In this document: positions 53,517 to 63,540 of the stretch, one piece after another | Layout of the letters: each line of letters begins with the position of its first letter | Position numbering within the stretch: position 1 is the stretch's first letter | NCBI GenBank assembly: GCA_977017575.1 | Contig: CDRNVI010000066.1 | Span: 186,001-250,000, forward strand | Reading direction: 5' to 3' | Origin: Paramoeba atlantica | Lineage: Eukaryota > Protista > Discosea | Length of the DNA stretch: 64,000 nucleotides | Notes under the pieces: model-generated | What the model saw: the letters and a program-made list of their open reading frames with translations, nothing else | Told to the model about the DNA's origin: nothing | The model's database searches: none | Position numbers and translations under genes: made by a program

Positions 53517-53802
53517 CGGGGTGAGAAAGTAAAGAAAGAAATGGGTGGAAGGTTCGTCGACGAAGGAAAGTGTTAAAAAACAAAATAGAAAAGGTATTTG
53601 CAACAGATGTACTTAAAACATTAAAACAGAGCGATGGATTTCAAAGAACCCGTCCCGGGGCCTTCAGTCACATACAAATTTTCAAGGGGTCCGTCACGTA
53701 TCTATTTCAAAAATTATCAAGAAGAGTTATCTCTAATGTTTTATCAGAAAATGGTAAGACAAGAAGGTCACAAGAACGGTGTACCACCTCTGATTATATT
53801 TC

Positions 53803-54591
53803 TTATTCTATGATAGCATTCTTCTCTTGCTCTGTACTCTTTTCAAGATCGCGGTTCGTACGTTCCGCTTTCGGTCTCCACTCGTTAACGTTTAACGCGT
53901 AACACTGAATGTAGTCCCCAACATCCGTCTTTACTGAAATCTTTTCGAGCATCTCATTGGACTCCAAAAAGTCCTGCACACTGAGGCTACTCTCGATCAA
54001 AGCCGAGACCAGGGACGAGAGCGCCGGGATAGTGTAATCCGGGTGCTCCCCACCTTCGTAATCCGACACCAGGACGCCGTTTTGCTGGTACCCACGGATA
54101 CAATCCGGGGTGTTTTCAATAATAATCGTCTTCTCCAGGGTGCGCCCGAGGGTGCGTAAATCCTTCCGGTATCCGGCCTTTCCGGTAAACCACTTGGCAT
54201 GACGATAAATACAGTGTCGAATCTTACTTAACGGGTCGACGTGGCGGATAATCGCCTGGGCGTAGGCCCGCAGTCCGGCAGTCCACACCACAATCTCACA
54301 GTTCTCGCTGAGGTCGGTGAGGAAATCCTCCAGGCCGGGGCGGGCGTACAGCGGTCCCTCTCGGGCGTAGATCAGTGTCTCATCGAGGTCCAGCACGACA
54401 GTGTATTTATTCTCATCGGCAGCCTCCGGGGAGGGGAGAATGTACTCCGAGGTGGCATCATGGGCCATGGAGGGCGCTCGGGAGCGAGTGGGAGTAGAGG
54501 GGGGAGGGGGGGCAAGGTGACCCCCTGAGGCGTACTCCTGTCGAAAGGAGATCCCACGTCGCCGTTGAGGCGAGGTCTGGCCGTTCATCAT
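53803..54591 (-). CDS. SCP/NIF-family (FCP1-like) HAD phosphatase
   Basis: VVLDLDETL, RPGLEDFL, VWTAG, KDLRTLGR, IIIEN. Confidence 0.92.
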   Translation of the reverse strand: MMNGQTSPQRRRGISFRQEYASGGHLAPPPPSTPTRSRAPSMAHDATSEYILPSPEAADENKYTVVLDLDETLIYAREGPLYARPGLEDFLTDLSENCEIVVWTAGLRAYAQAIIRHVDPLSKIRHCIYRHAKWFTGKAGYRKDLRTLGRTLEKTIIIENTPDCIRGYQQNGVLVSDYEGGEHPDYTIPALSSLVSALIESSLSVQDFLESNEMLEKISVKTDVGDYIQCYALNVNEWRPKAERTNRDLEKSTEQEKNAIIE

Positions 54592-54822
54592 CTCAGAACA
54601 TGCTCATGGGGGAGAGAGAGTAGCATTAGGGACAAAGTTATGCTAGTGATTCTGTTTATGTGTGAAAGTAACAAAAATAAGGTGTATTCTTGGAAAGAGT
54701 TATGGAGAAAAGAGGATGAAGTATCGACGCACAGTTTTCCAAATAACGCGTTCCTATTGCCCAACCCAGACTTTGATGGAAACTCCTCCTCCCCGTTGCA
54801 TGTACTTTCGGTATTTCCAATC

Positions 54823-57141
54823 TTACCCCTCCTTTTTCTCTTTCTTTTTATTTTCCTTCGGATCCCCCGCACTCACCACAAACAACACCGGTACCCGCCA
54901 TGTCTGTACCGACACCACCCCTGCCATCCCCTCATGCCTACACCCCCCCACCTCCCGCTCCCCCTCCTCCTCCACGTTCACCCCCACCGCCCGCTCCAAC
55001 CTCCTCCTCATCCCCTCCCTCCACCGTGTCCCCCTCCTCCACCGCCTCACCGCCCCCACCTCCACCCTATTCGAGGTCGACACCCCCGTACCCTCCCCCC
55101 CTCTCCGGTACCTCCCGAAATGAAACCCCACCCCATCCAAGGGGTAGGCCAACCCCGTACTCGCCACCCCGACGGTTTCCCCACACCCCCCTCCCCCTCC
55201 CCCCATGCTGTACACCCCGCAGTACGCCCCCTCCGGGAGCCTCCACCAGTACCGCGTGCCGGGGCGCAGCGGGGCGACGTACGCGGCGCCGTGCCCCACA
55301 CACGCGAGCGGGGAGAGCCACGGGGACCACGCGAGCAGGGCGTGGTAGAGGTTGAGGGTGTGGTCCACGCGGGTGGGGGGGGCGTGGGCGGGGGGGCTGC
55401 CCGCGTTAAGGAGCAACACACGGGGAGGGGGGAGGGGGAGGGGGAGGGGGAGGGGGAGGGGTAGAGTTTGTGGTGGTGGTTGTGAAGTTTGTGGTGGTGG
55501 CTGTGGTTGTGGTTGAGAAGTTTGTGGTTGAGAAGTTTGTGGTTGTGGTTGTGGTTGTGGTTGAGAAGTTTGTGGTTGAGAAGTTTGTGGATGTGAAGTT
55601 TGTGGTTGTGAAGTTTGTGGTTGTGGTTGTGGTGGTATGTTTTTGATACGGGTTTGTCGTGAGTATTGTTGTGGTTCTTGTGTAGTTGTTTGTGGTCGTT
55701 CTTGTGTGGTTTGTTCTTCCCGTTGTTGTTGTTGTTGATGGGTGTTTTGTTCTTGGTTGTTGCGGTCTTCTTCTTGTTGTTGTTGTTGTTGTTGCTTTTG
55801 ATACCACTCATAGATATAGTATAAAGATTTTTCTAAATCCGTAGAGTTTTGTTCGGGACAGTGTTCGAAATGGAGCGGGGAGTGGGAGGGGGGCGGGGAG
55901 GGGAGGGAGGCATAGGTTAGGGAGTCAAAATCCCCCACCACGACATCTGGGGGTGTGAGGAAAGGGGTGTGAAGGGCTCCGTCCGCACACACAAACAGGG
56001 GAGGGGGGAGGAAAGTGGAGCGGGGTTGGTTTCGGAGTCGATTCCAGAGGGTGGTGTCGGGGGTAGGGGTGGGGGTGAGGGGATGGCAAGGGCTGTTGAG
56101 ATAGAGAAAGGCGTCAAAGACGGTGGAGCGCACGAGGTGAGAATGGGAACGGAGGTCGAGCACGTTGTCAGGGGTTGTGTTTGTGAAGGGGAGCTTGATG
56201 CGACTTGAACAGACCAGCCGTGTTAAGGAACCGAGGAGGGGATGCAGAGGTGCGGGGTTCCTTTCGAGGTCTAGGCGAATAGAACGGTTCAAGGTTTTAG
56301 TTCGAGTGAAAGATTTAATACATTTAGCAAGGATGGAAAGGCCGTGGTCATACGATACCCAATATGTATGGACCCTGCCTTGGTGTTCATCGTGCGCAAT
56401 ACATCGATGCAAGCAAGAGGGGCAGGCAATGTCGCTAAAGTTCGTAGGGCTGTTTAAAAAACGAAAGAGTGACTTCCATGTGCTAAGACAAAGCGTTTTC
56501 TGTTTGCTTTTCTCATACGCGAAACGCTCGGCGTCCCTTTTTCTTGTTGTTTGGCGCAAGTTAACAGACAACTTCGTGTTCCTCTGGTCATTCTTTTGCA
56601 TAGCTGTTAGCACATGAATAACGCGATCGTGGAACTTTTGTGCGGCAGCGATTTCGAGAAAAGCTTCTCCCAGAGAAACGGAACGCTTTTCCTGCAATGA
56701 TCGAAATCGGTCTCGTAAAGTAAAATCGTCAATCAATATTGTGCAATCAAAAGATCCTATTGTTCTTGCTTCGCTCCAGCGTGCACATTGTTTTTTGATC
56801 GTGTTTTCGACGGAACGCCAGAATCGAATGCCATCCTTAGGAGCGTTCGTGCTGCAGAATAAAGAGTGAAAACGGCTCTCATATCCGTTCGACGAGACCA
56901 TTTTTTCCACTCTTAAATTATTTGATAACTTATTCTTTACACACAACACTAGACACACACTTATGCTGGTACGTTCCTGGCCCGCGTCGTCTAACATTAC
57001 CTCATTGAGAAACATTTCCCATACGTCCGACAACTTCCACGTCCCGCACGACGTAACCAGGTCCTTGGTTTCACGATCAAGACAACTGTTCAGGTCTAGT
57101 ACCACTAAAACTTGGTGTGGCTTTGAAAAAGACATGTCCAT
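54823..57141 (-). CDS. TPK1: Thiamine pyrophosphokinase with a long, possibly HAD-like N-terminal extension and a Gln/Pro insert
   Basis: TPK motifs ADGA, GDFDSL, QNSTDLEK, RVDHTLN, GLAYPL and STSN lie in about 54900-56000. The N-terminus has VVLDLNSCL and ILIDD. Confidence 0.8.
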   Translation of the reverse strand: MDMSFSKPHQVLVVLDLNSCLDRETKDLVTSCGTWKLSDVWEMFLNEVMLDDAGQERTSISVCLVLCVKNKLSNNLRVEKMVSSNGYESRFHSLFCSTNAPKDGIRFWRSVENTIKKQCARWSEARTIGSFDCTILIDDFTLRDRFRSLQEKRSVSLGEAFLEIAAAQKFHDRVIHVLTAMQKNDQRNTKLSVNLRQTTRKRDAERFAYEKSKQKTLCLSTWKSLFRFLNSPTNFSDIACPSCLHRCIAHDEHQGRVHTYWVSYDHGLSILAKCIKSFTRTKTLNRSIRLDLERNPAPLHPLLGSLTRLVCSSRIKLPFTNTTPDNVLDLRSHSHLVRSTVFDAFLYLNSPCHPLTPTPTPDTTLWNRLRNQPRSTFLPPPLFVCADGALHTPFLTPPDVVVGDFDSLTYASLPSPPPSHSPLHFEHCPEQNSTDLEKSLYYIYEWYQKQQQQQQQEEDRNNQEQNTHQQQQQREEQTTQERPQTTTQEPQQYSRQTRIKNIPPQPQPQTSQPQTSHPQTSQPQTSQPQPQPQPQTSQPQTSQPQPQPPPQTSQPPPQTLPLPLPLPLPLPPPRVLLLNAGSPPAHAPPTRVDHTLNLYHALLAWSPWLSPLACVGHGAAYVAPLRPGTRYWWRLPEGAYCGVYSMGGGGGGCGETVGVASTGLAYPLDGVGFHFGRYRRGGEGTGVSTSNRVEVGAVRRWRRGTRWREGMRRRLERAVGVNVEEEGEREVGGCRHEGMAGVVSVQTWRVPVLFVVSAGDPKENKKKEKKEG
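55470..55800 (-). repeat. Coding low-complexity insert (poly-Gln, QTSQP 15-bp units)
   Basis: Repeated GAGAAGTTTGTGGTT units and GTT/TGT tracts on the plus strand. Confidence 0.9.
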
Positions 57142-58149
57142 TAACCTAACATCATATGCCCGTATTTATACGTGTGTGTACAAAATAATATGCGTAGAAG
57201 AAAATGTCATGTGTAGAAATAAATAATTTCAAATTATTATGTGTACAAAATTATATAAACCCCCGATACATATTCCAATATTTGTAATCTTCCAAAATAT
57301 ATGTTTGTTAAACATTTGGGTTCACCGGCACTATAAATGTAGGTTGAAAACAAGTAAAATTTGTTTGAACAATCATGCCCAAAAGGACTCAGGAAAAAGT
57401 TTTTGATCTTTCGTTGATCTCTTTTCTTATTTATTTTTTTAGTTTACTTGCCAGACCACACGTTTTTTCGATCAGATGTGCCCCCTACCTCTAATGGTAA
57501 GACCCCAAAAAACGTCCGAAATATGGGGAGAATACGAAATATGGGGAGAATCGGGTGTTTGTACCAAAAGTTGGATTATTCTGGATCGTTTCGCAAATTT
57601 TTCCTTTTTAGTCTCTTCATTAAACGCGGAAGCAGTTCTCAACGCGAAGGGGGTAGCCGTGGTGGCTTCCAAGAGGGTTCAAACTGGATGGGAGTGTCTG
57701 GGAGCGCCTGGGAACGCACCTTATCCTTTTTACAGGTCACCAATACCAAGTAGACCAATGTAGTAGACCAATGTAGTATATCCTGGGCGGTCCATTGAGT
57801 ATTCCAGGCATTGAAATATAAGTTGGAACGTCATGAGTATGAGTGGAAACGTTTTAAAAAGTCACGTAAAAGTTTTTTCGAGCGGAAAAAAATCATCAGA
57901 AAAAAATGGATTTTAACCTATATTTATAGTGCCGGTTACCCAACATTTGCGACAGCGATTAGTAATGTCTTTAGGGGGTATACAAAGGTCACATTGGCAC
58001 TATCGTCCCTAGCAGGCGGTCGATCAAAGTTATGAAAGTGGTGCGGTAGTTTAGTTTATAAAAAGAAATCTGAAATGGGGATACCCCCTTTAGGGGGCAC
58101 AGTATCGTATGCCGTCACTATTCCACAGAGTGCAGCGCTCACAAGCGGA

Positions 58150-59316
58150 CTAAGTGGCAGTTTCATGTGGATCTAAAATTAGTTCCTTTTCTTTTGACAT
58201 CAAAAAGTATGAAACTAGTTTTTTGTAGCCCCAATACACAAGTGACATAGAAATTACAACCACTACAAACGTAGAACTAGTTTGTCGCGCACGGCATTTG
58301 GAACAATCGCATTCAAAATGCCAACGTTGTTTTAAATATTCTTGCTGGAGCGAAATAGGACGACTCGAGTCAGACAAATAAGTAACGAAGAGTTCCTCAC
58401 CCGCGTCGATCGGACGGAGAGTACGGGCAACAAGCCCAAAAGTAGCCCTCGGGCTTGCTACATCGAGCATTCCGGCCTCGATAGGGCATATGATTTCAAT
58501 GCCTACATTAGGCGAACAAGAATGATTGAATAGGGAGGCCTCCGGAAAAATTGCGCGACCGTTTCGTCCGGCATACAGCGTATCGAATCGGCAAAACTCG
58601 TACACAGACGCGATTCGTAGAACAACGTCCGTGGGATTTCCCTCTAAGCTCAAAAAGTTGTCCAATTTTGGAAACTCTTTCAGTATCTGCGAAGCTTCGT
58701 ATTGGGTAATTATCGGAACCCTCTCCTTTTGACATAGCAAGTTCAGTACGCCACGTATGTAATACCAAAAAACGAGAAAATTTGATGAGACGTTCGACTT
58801 GTTCGACTTTTCATCGCAACACTTGACATCTATTAGGTCGTTCAACACTTTGAGAGTATCGTGTACACAACGCATAACTTGATTGTGTAAAGAACTACCA
58901 TCACCTTGGCATGAAAATGCACAGAGTCGCATGATTTCTTTATCGTAAGCTAAATTGCGCATGGCGAATAGCCCCCTTCCTTTTCCAAATGAATTCCCTA
59001 CTTTAATATCCTTCGAAATGTAAGGTGTAAAACTGGACATGATTGCTTTGTTGCGCATGACAGTCTCAAAATTTGCGGGAAAACGCGGTGTGTGTCCCAT
59101 GTTTTTGGTGTCTTTGGATTCAATCAGGTGGCTCGTCGATAAAGCACCTTGACTAATAATTAGCTTATCCCCTAAACACCAGAAAAAAGGAGTTGTTATC
59201 TGTCTGAAAGAATTCAATCCTCCACAATGAATATTCCTCCTCTCTTGCAGCCTTGTCCTGGTGCAAAAATTAATAAACGTCGAAGGATTATACATCTTCA
59301 TTCTCCGGAAACCCAT
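58150..59316 (-). CDS. SMYD-like SET-domain methyltransferase with a C-terminal hydrophobic helix
   Basis: KGRGLFA, FNHSCSPN, GEELFVTYL, post-SET HFECDCSKC, then TFVVVVISMSLVYWGY. Start uncertain; the track start is TTG. Confidence 0.85.
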   Translation of the reverse strand: MGFRRMKMYNPSTFINFCTRTRLQERRNIHCGGLNSFRQITTPFFWCLGDKLIISQGALSTSHLIESKDTKNMGHTPRFPANFETVMRNKAIMSSFTPYISKDIKVGNSFGKGRGLFAMRNLAYDKEIMRLCAFSCQGDGSSLHNQVMRCVHDTLKVLNDLIDVKCCDEKSNKSNVSSNFLVFWYYIRGVLNLLCQKERVPIITQYEASQILKEFPKLDNFLSLEGNPTDVVLRIASVYEFCRFDTLYAGRNGRAIFPEASLFNHSCSPNVGIEIICPIEAGMLDVASPRATFGLVARTLRPIDAGEELFVTYLSDSSRPISLQQEYLKQRWHFECDCSKCRARQTSSTFVVVVISMSLVYWGYKKLVSYFLMSKEKELILDPHETAT

Positions 59317-59609
59317 TATTTCCTGACAATTCAAGCACAAAAACAAAAATCCAAAATACTACATATTGCAACAAAAATAGGTTAATTTTGAGTCTGAACT
59401 TGATCTAACTTGAACTTTGAAGCTAAGGTACCTACTTGATTCAATGTTTGATGAATCTTTAGATTGTTGAACGTGACAGCAAAATAAAAATTACCGTTCT
59501 AAAAAGTGAGAAATTTATAAAAAATCATACTGTTACCCCCCCTTTATAATTCCGCCGGTTTCGGTGCTTTTAGAAGTATAAACGTTGGAACCTGACCTTT
59601 GGAAGTATA

Positions 59610-59925
59610 CATGGTGGGCCACGAAAACTGACTAGCTTTTCATGACTTTGCCTTTTAGCCTTATGAGCCCGTTTGAGCCAATTTTTTTTACAAACGAGAG
59701 ATCTCGCTCTGAATATCGTGTCTACGCTATTTAGAGCTCGCTTCTACTAATCAGATACTTTTTATTTACAAAACATTGAAATTTGGGGCAAAAAGTACCG
59801 AAAATCGTAAAAAAGGCTCTTTTTTTGTCTTACTTTTTGGGCTGTAGGCAGGAAAAGGTACTATTTTAGAGGCATATAGACTTCGGAAGTTTAAAAGGGG
59901 GTCTGAATTTTCGAAAAATACGCGA
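59610..59925. mobile_element. Degenerate relic related to the Tc1/MITE TIR family
   Basis: TA|CATGGTGGGCCACGAAAA at 59610, GAGAGATCTCGC near 59697 and GGGGGTCTGAATTTTCG near 59897 resemble the TIRs at 667-753 and 60330. No right end found. Confidence 0.4.
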
Positions 59926-60329
59926 AAGTAATTTCAGCGATTATTCTACGCGGAAGCCTCCGAGCTACTTTCCTACAAGACCACTGCCAATCGCTTGTCT
60001 GGAATCGTTAAAAGCACTAATGGCATTCACTAATGGTCTCTTCAAGTGGGGCGCGAGTCACAGCTTGCTGCGACTAACTTCGTCCGATTTATCGGGCTTT
60101 CCCACTTAGAGAGTCGAGGGGTCATAATTCTTCGGAGTCAAACGGCCAAGTCCAACAGCAGTCCAATAACAATGGCATTATACACACATACAATAACAAG
60201 GCTCTACACTTTTCACCGCTTACTTTTGCGTTTTCCTGCAACCGATCCTAGAGATGGTTCTAGAGATGGTCCTCAGCCTAGTAGTCTCCGACCATAAAAG
60301 GATGCGACTCTCAAGCTTCCTTTGATTTA

Positions 60330-61105
60330 CAGGGGGTGGCGAAAAAATATGGGGGGCGTCAAAATTCTTATAAATTGTCCAATTTTGGAAAGTAGCACCG
60401 CATTCGAGAGCTCTCGCAGAGATACCCACATGTACGTGTCACCTGATACTACGTTTCCCGTGTTTTAAATTTTTTTATTTCGGGACAAAAAAAATACGTT
60501 TTTGGAACTTGCAATTTTCTTCAGATTCTTCGATTTTTTCGATATTTTAGGTAGTTTCCTTCTATTTTTTTACCTTTCCGCTTCGTTATCCCACAGAAAC
60601 AGGATATTCCAATAGCACGGGTGTACAGCACCGTGATCGGAATTGTTACAGTACTCGAGGGCAGCTTAAAGTCACCCACCACATACTTTTAGTAAGGAAG
60701 TATGAAGAATATATTTGTGGGATAACTGATGCCCACAAAAGCTCATTATGCCCCACAAATCGGTCAGAGTTGCGATCGGCGATCGCATATGGGATTGAAT
60801 TGTTGAAAGGAGAACAGAAAAAATCATTTTTAGACACTTTAAGGACAGTTCCAACTCGTATTAAGATTACATTAACAAAAATATGGAGGATATTAAATGG
60901 ATATAAACGAGATATTTTTCAAATTTTAAAACTTGGAATTGGTGTTTTCAGCCCCTTTGGCATAGGGACCTACCCCCCTGGATACGGGAAACGCATTGTC
61001 AGGTGACACGTATCTCTGCGAGAGCTCTCGAATGCGTTGCTACTTTTCAAAATTGGACAAGTTATAAAAAATTTGACCCTCCCCATATTTTCGTGCCACC
61101 CCCTG
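60330..61105. mobile_element. Non-autonomous Tc1-like element, 776 bp, TIRs of about 110 bp, TA TSD
   Basis: 60330-60446 (CAGGGGGTGGC...GAGAGCTCTCGCAGAGATAC...GTGTCACCTGA) is the inverted counterpart of 60999-61105; TA on both sides. Confidence 0.9.
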
Positions 61106-62057
61106 TATATTGTGAGCTCCTGTGCGCTAGTGTCTGTATCACTAGGCGAGCCATCTAAATCCGGTACAATTTCGACCTTGCTCCAAATTTCCTCGAACAA
61201 ACATCTGTATGGCGATCACATCGCTATCCAGCGAAGCCCGGCGCGGATTGAATTCTCATCCCATGATCGAATAAAGAAAATTACATGCGGTGCCGAGAAG
61301 ATGAGCTCCTTAATACCAAGCGAAGTTTTTTTCTACTTTAAATGGGATACGAAAGAGGTGTTGTAAACCACGATATACATGTAGATACTATACCCCCCGT
61401 ACTTATTTGTCACCCCTTTTTGGAGAAAAGTGACAAATAAGTAGGGGGGTTGGGTATTTGACAAATAACTAGGGGGGTGGCGTTCGGTGTGTGACAAATA
61501 ACAAATAATAGGGGAGTAAGTGTCGTTGAGCGCGCCCAAAATAGAAACACTTTGCGACCTGGAAATCAGTACAGAAACGGCATCGGTGAAAGGGGACTTT
61601 TTTTCCCCCGAAAAAAACTTAAATTGTTTTCATGGCGGTTTTTCAAACAAGATTTCAGTATTATCCAAGCGAGTGATTAAACATCGTATTTTTGCTACTT
61701 ACACGACTCCGCCCTATCTTTTTTCTTTACACAGGCTGTAAAATGTATGACAGTATCACTTTTTGTAGTTGGGAACCTTGGATGAAGTGATGATAGAAGC
61801 CTGTACCGTACGATGTGAATTAAGGAGTTCTTGTAATCCGCTGTTTAAGGAATTTGAAATTATTGTCCAGGCTCAGAACCAGAACCAAGATAGAGCTCAT
61901 ACATTTTCTTGTTTGGTATATTTTATTAAGGGAAGTACGAAGTTAATTTTTTTGGGGGGAAAAAGAGTCCCTTTTGACCACGGTATCTTTTTCTCCATGT
62001 AAGTTCTTTTCTTGCCATAATAGATAAAGGCTCGCAACAGAAGCCTACATGTATAAT

Positions 62058-62149
62058 ATTGTTGTCAGACTCACATCAGGAGCCTATATTATTGTTGTCA
62101 GACTCACATCAGGAGCCTATATTATTGTTGTCAGACTCACATCAGGAGC
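62058..62149 (+). repeat. 33-bp tandem repeat, about 2.8 copies
   Basis: ATTGTTGTCAGACTCACATCAGGAGCCTATATT starting at 62058, 62091 and 62124. Confidence 0.95.
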
Positions 62150-62164
62150 GTACCTTATCAACTA

Positions 62165-62390
62165 ATGTGCCCCCCACTTATAGTACCGCGGTTTTCGACC
62201 GAACGGCACTGCTTTAATTCTAATTACCCTTAATTGAAGTTTCACCGGTAACCCGCCCACATTTTCCTGTGCCCCCCCACTTATAGTGCCGCGGTTTTCG
62301 ACCAAACGGCACTATACAGTGAGTGTTAAGCCCCACAGCGAGTGTAAGTGGGGGGGTACCCCGCGGCACTATAAGTGGGTGGGGGCACAG
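62165..62390. mobile_element. Nested MITE, 226 bp, TA TSD
   Basis: Left TA|ATGTGCCCCCCACTTATAGTACCGCGG; right (rc) TA|CTGTGCCCCCACCCACTTATAGTGCCGCGG. Internal direct copy of about 45 bp near 62270. Confidence 0.8.
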
Positions 62391-63540
62391 TAATATCAAA
62401 CTTTTTAGGGTGGACACTTTAATATCAAAATTGCCAGCTTAATATCAAACTTTGATTTTGATATTGGAGTGAACCGCGGTTTAAATAGGGTGTAATGGGA
62501 CAATAATTTTTTTGAACATAAATCGGGAAAAGAAAATCGGCGCCGCTGCGCGGCGCCTGTTTTGTCTGACTGACAATTGTGTAGGGTGGGGTGAATTCAC
62601 TATATTTTCCCACATGACAAATAAGTAGGGGGGTGGGAGGGTGACAATTATGTAGGGGGGGCATAGTAAGTCCACATTATTTGTAAGTAAGATAAAGGAT
62701 TCGTGCGCGAGTTGTACGATTCAATACTGTTCAATACTATTGTCGACGCAGTTCGTCAAATCAGGAGCACTCCACTGCTTACGGAGCGGGGAGAAAGGGA
62801 AGAGTATCGACCTCTGAGGGAAGATGTCCGACACAACAATATTGATCAATATTAATAAAAGGCAGGGTAGGGGAGGGCATCGAAGAACAGGTTAGGTAAG
62901 GACGTGCCAAGTAAGATCTAACCCAAAAGTTATAATTTTTTTGCAGCGTCTTCGCTCATCATAGAAAGTAGCTTGTGTCTAATTAGATTGTCTAATTAAA
63001 TTGAATGTCTAATTAATTTTTATTAAAGCATTTAAAGCATTTAAAAAACGAAAAAGACGTTTGAGCACATTTTTTAGTTAACAAAGGGGTTAGCCTTACT
63101 TTTTCATGAAGCTGAAAAACGAGGATAAGTCAGGGGAGAAAAAAGTCACCCCCTGACTAAACAACTTCAGAAAAACTCAAAAATATAGAGAAATAAAGCT
63201 GCTATTCAAATCTAGTTCGCGCACTGCACATTTATTGACTCGTATACAGTGTATGTAGGCTCGTAAATATAGTTTACTAGTCTGCCTGTCTTCAAATTTT
63301 TCGGGGCAGAATAAAAGCTCTATAAAATGCAGCACAATGGCTGCGTTTCAAAAAAAGTGCATTATTCCTCTTCATAAAAAATAACATCGAATTCTCATTC
63401 ATTTTTTAATAAATAACACACTATTCTGAGTAAGGTATTAATAGTGTTCAATTAAATCTTAGCTACAAAATAGATTATTGGTAGATTAAAAGGTTATTAT
63501 TGATTTCATGAATTTAGCAGCATGACACGCAAAACAACTT

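Larger units (their letters stand above)
61388..62666. mobile_element. MITE-like element, 1279 bp including a nested insert, TA TSD
   Basis: Left TA|CTATACCCCCCGTACTTATTTGTCACC; right (rc) TA|CTATGCCCCCCCTACATAATTGTCACC. Six internal GACAA(A/T)T..GTAGGGG-type motifs. Confidence 0.8.

Noticed and set aside
48486-53603. Calling the polymerase RPB1 or RPC1, and using the 53603 start
   Set aside because: The YYVPSSGQPIRGLIQDH segment is Pol I-type and there is no CTD-like tail; 53603 is a TTG inside the pyrimidine-rich upstream region.
57476-58102. Possible MITE with TGTGCCCCCTA ends
   Set aside because: Only an 11-bp inverted match and no TA on the left; could be a decayed family member but is not supportable.
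62058-62149. 33-bp repeats as a CRISPR array
   Set aside because: Units are head-to-tail with no spacers, there are no cas genes, and the context is eukaryotic.
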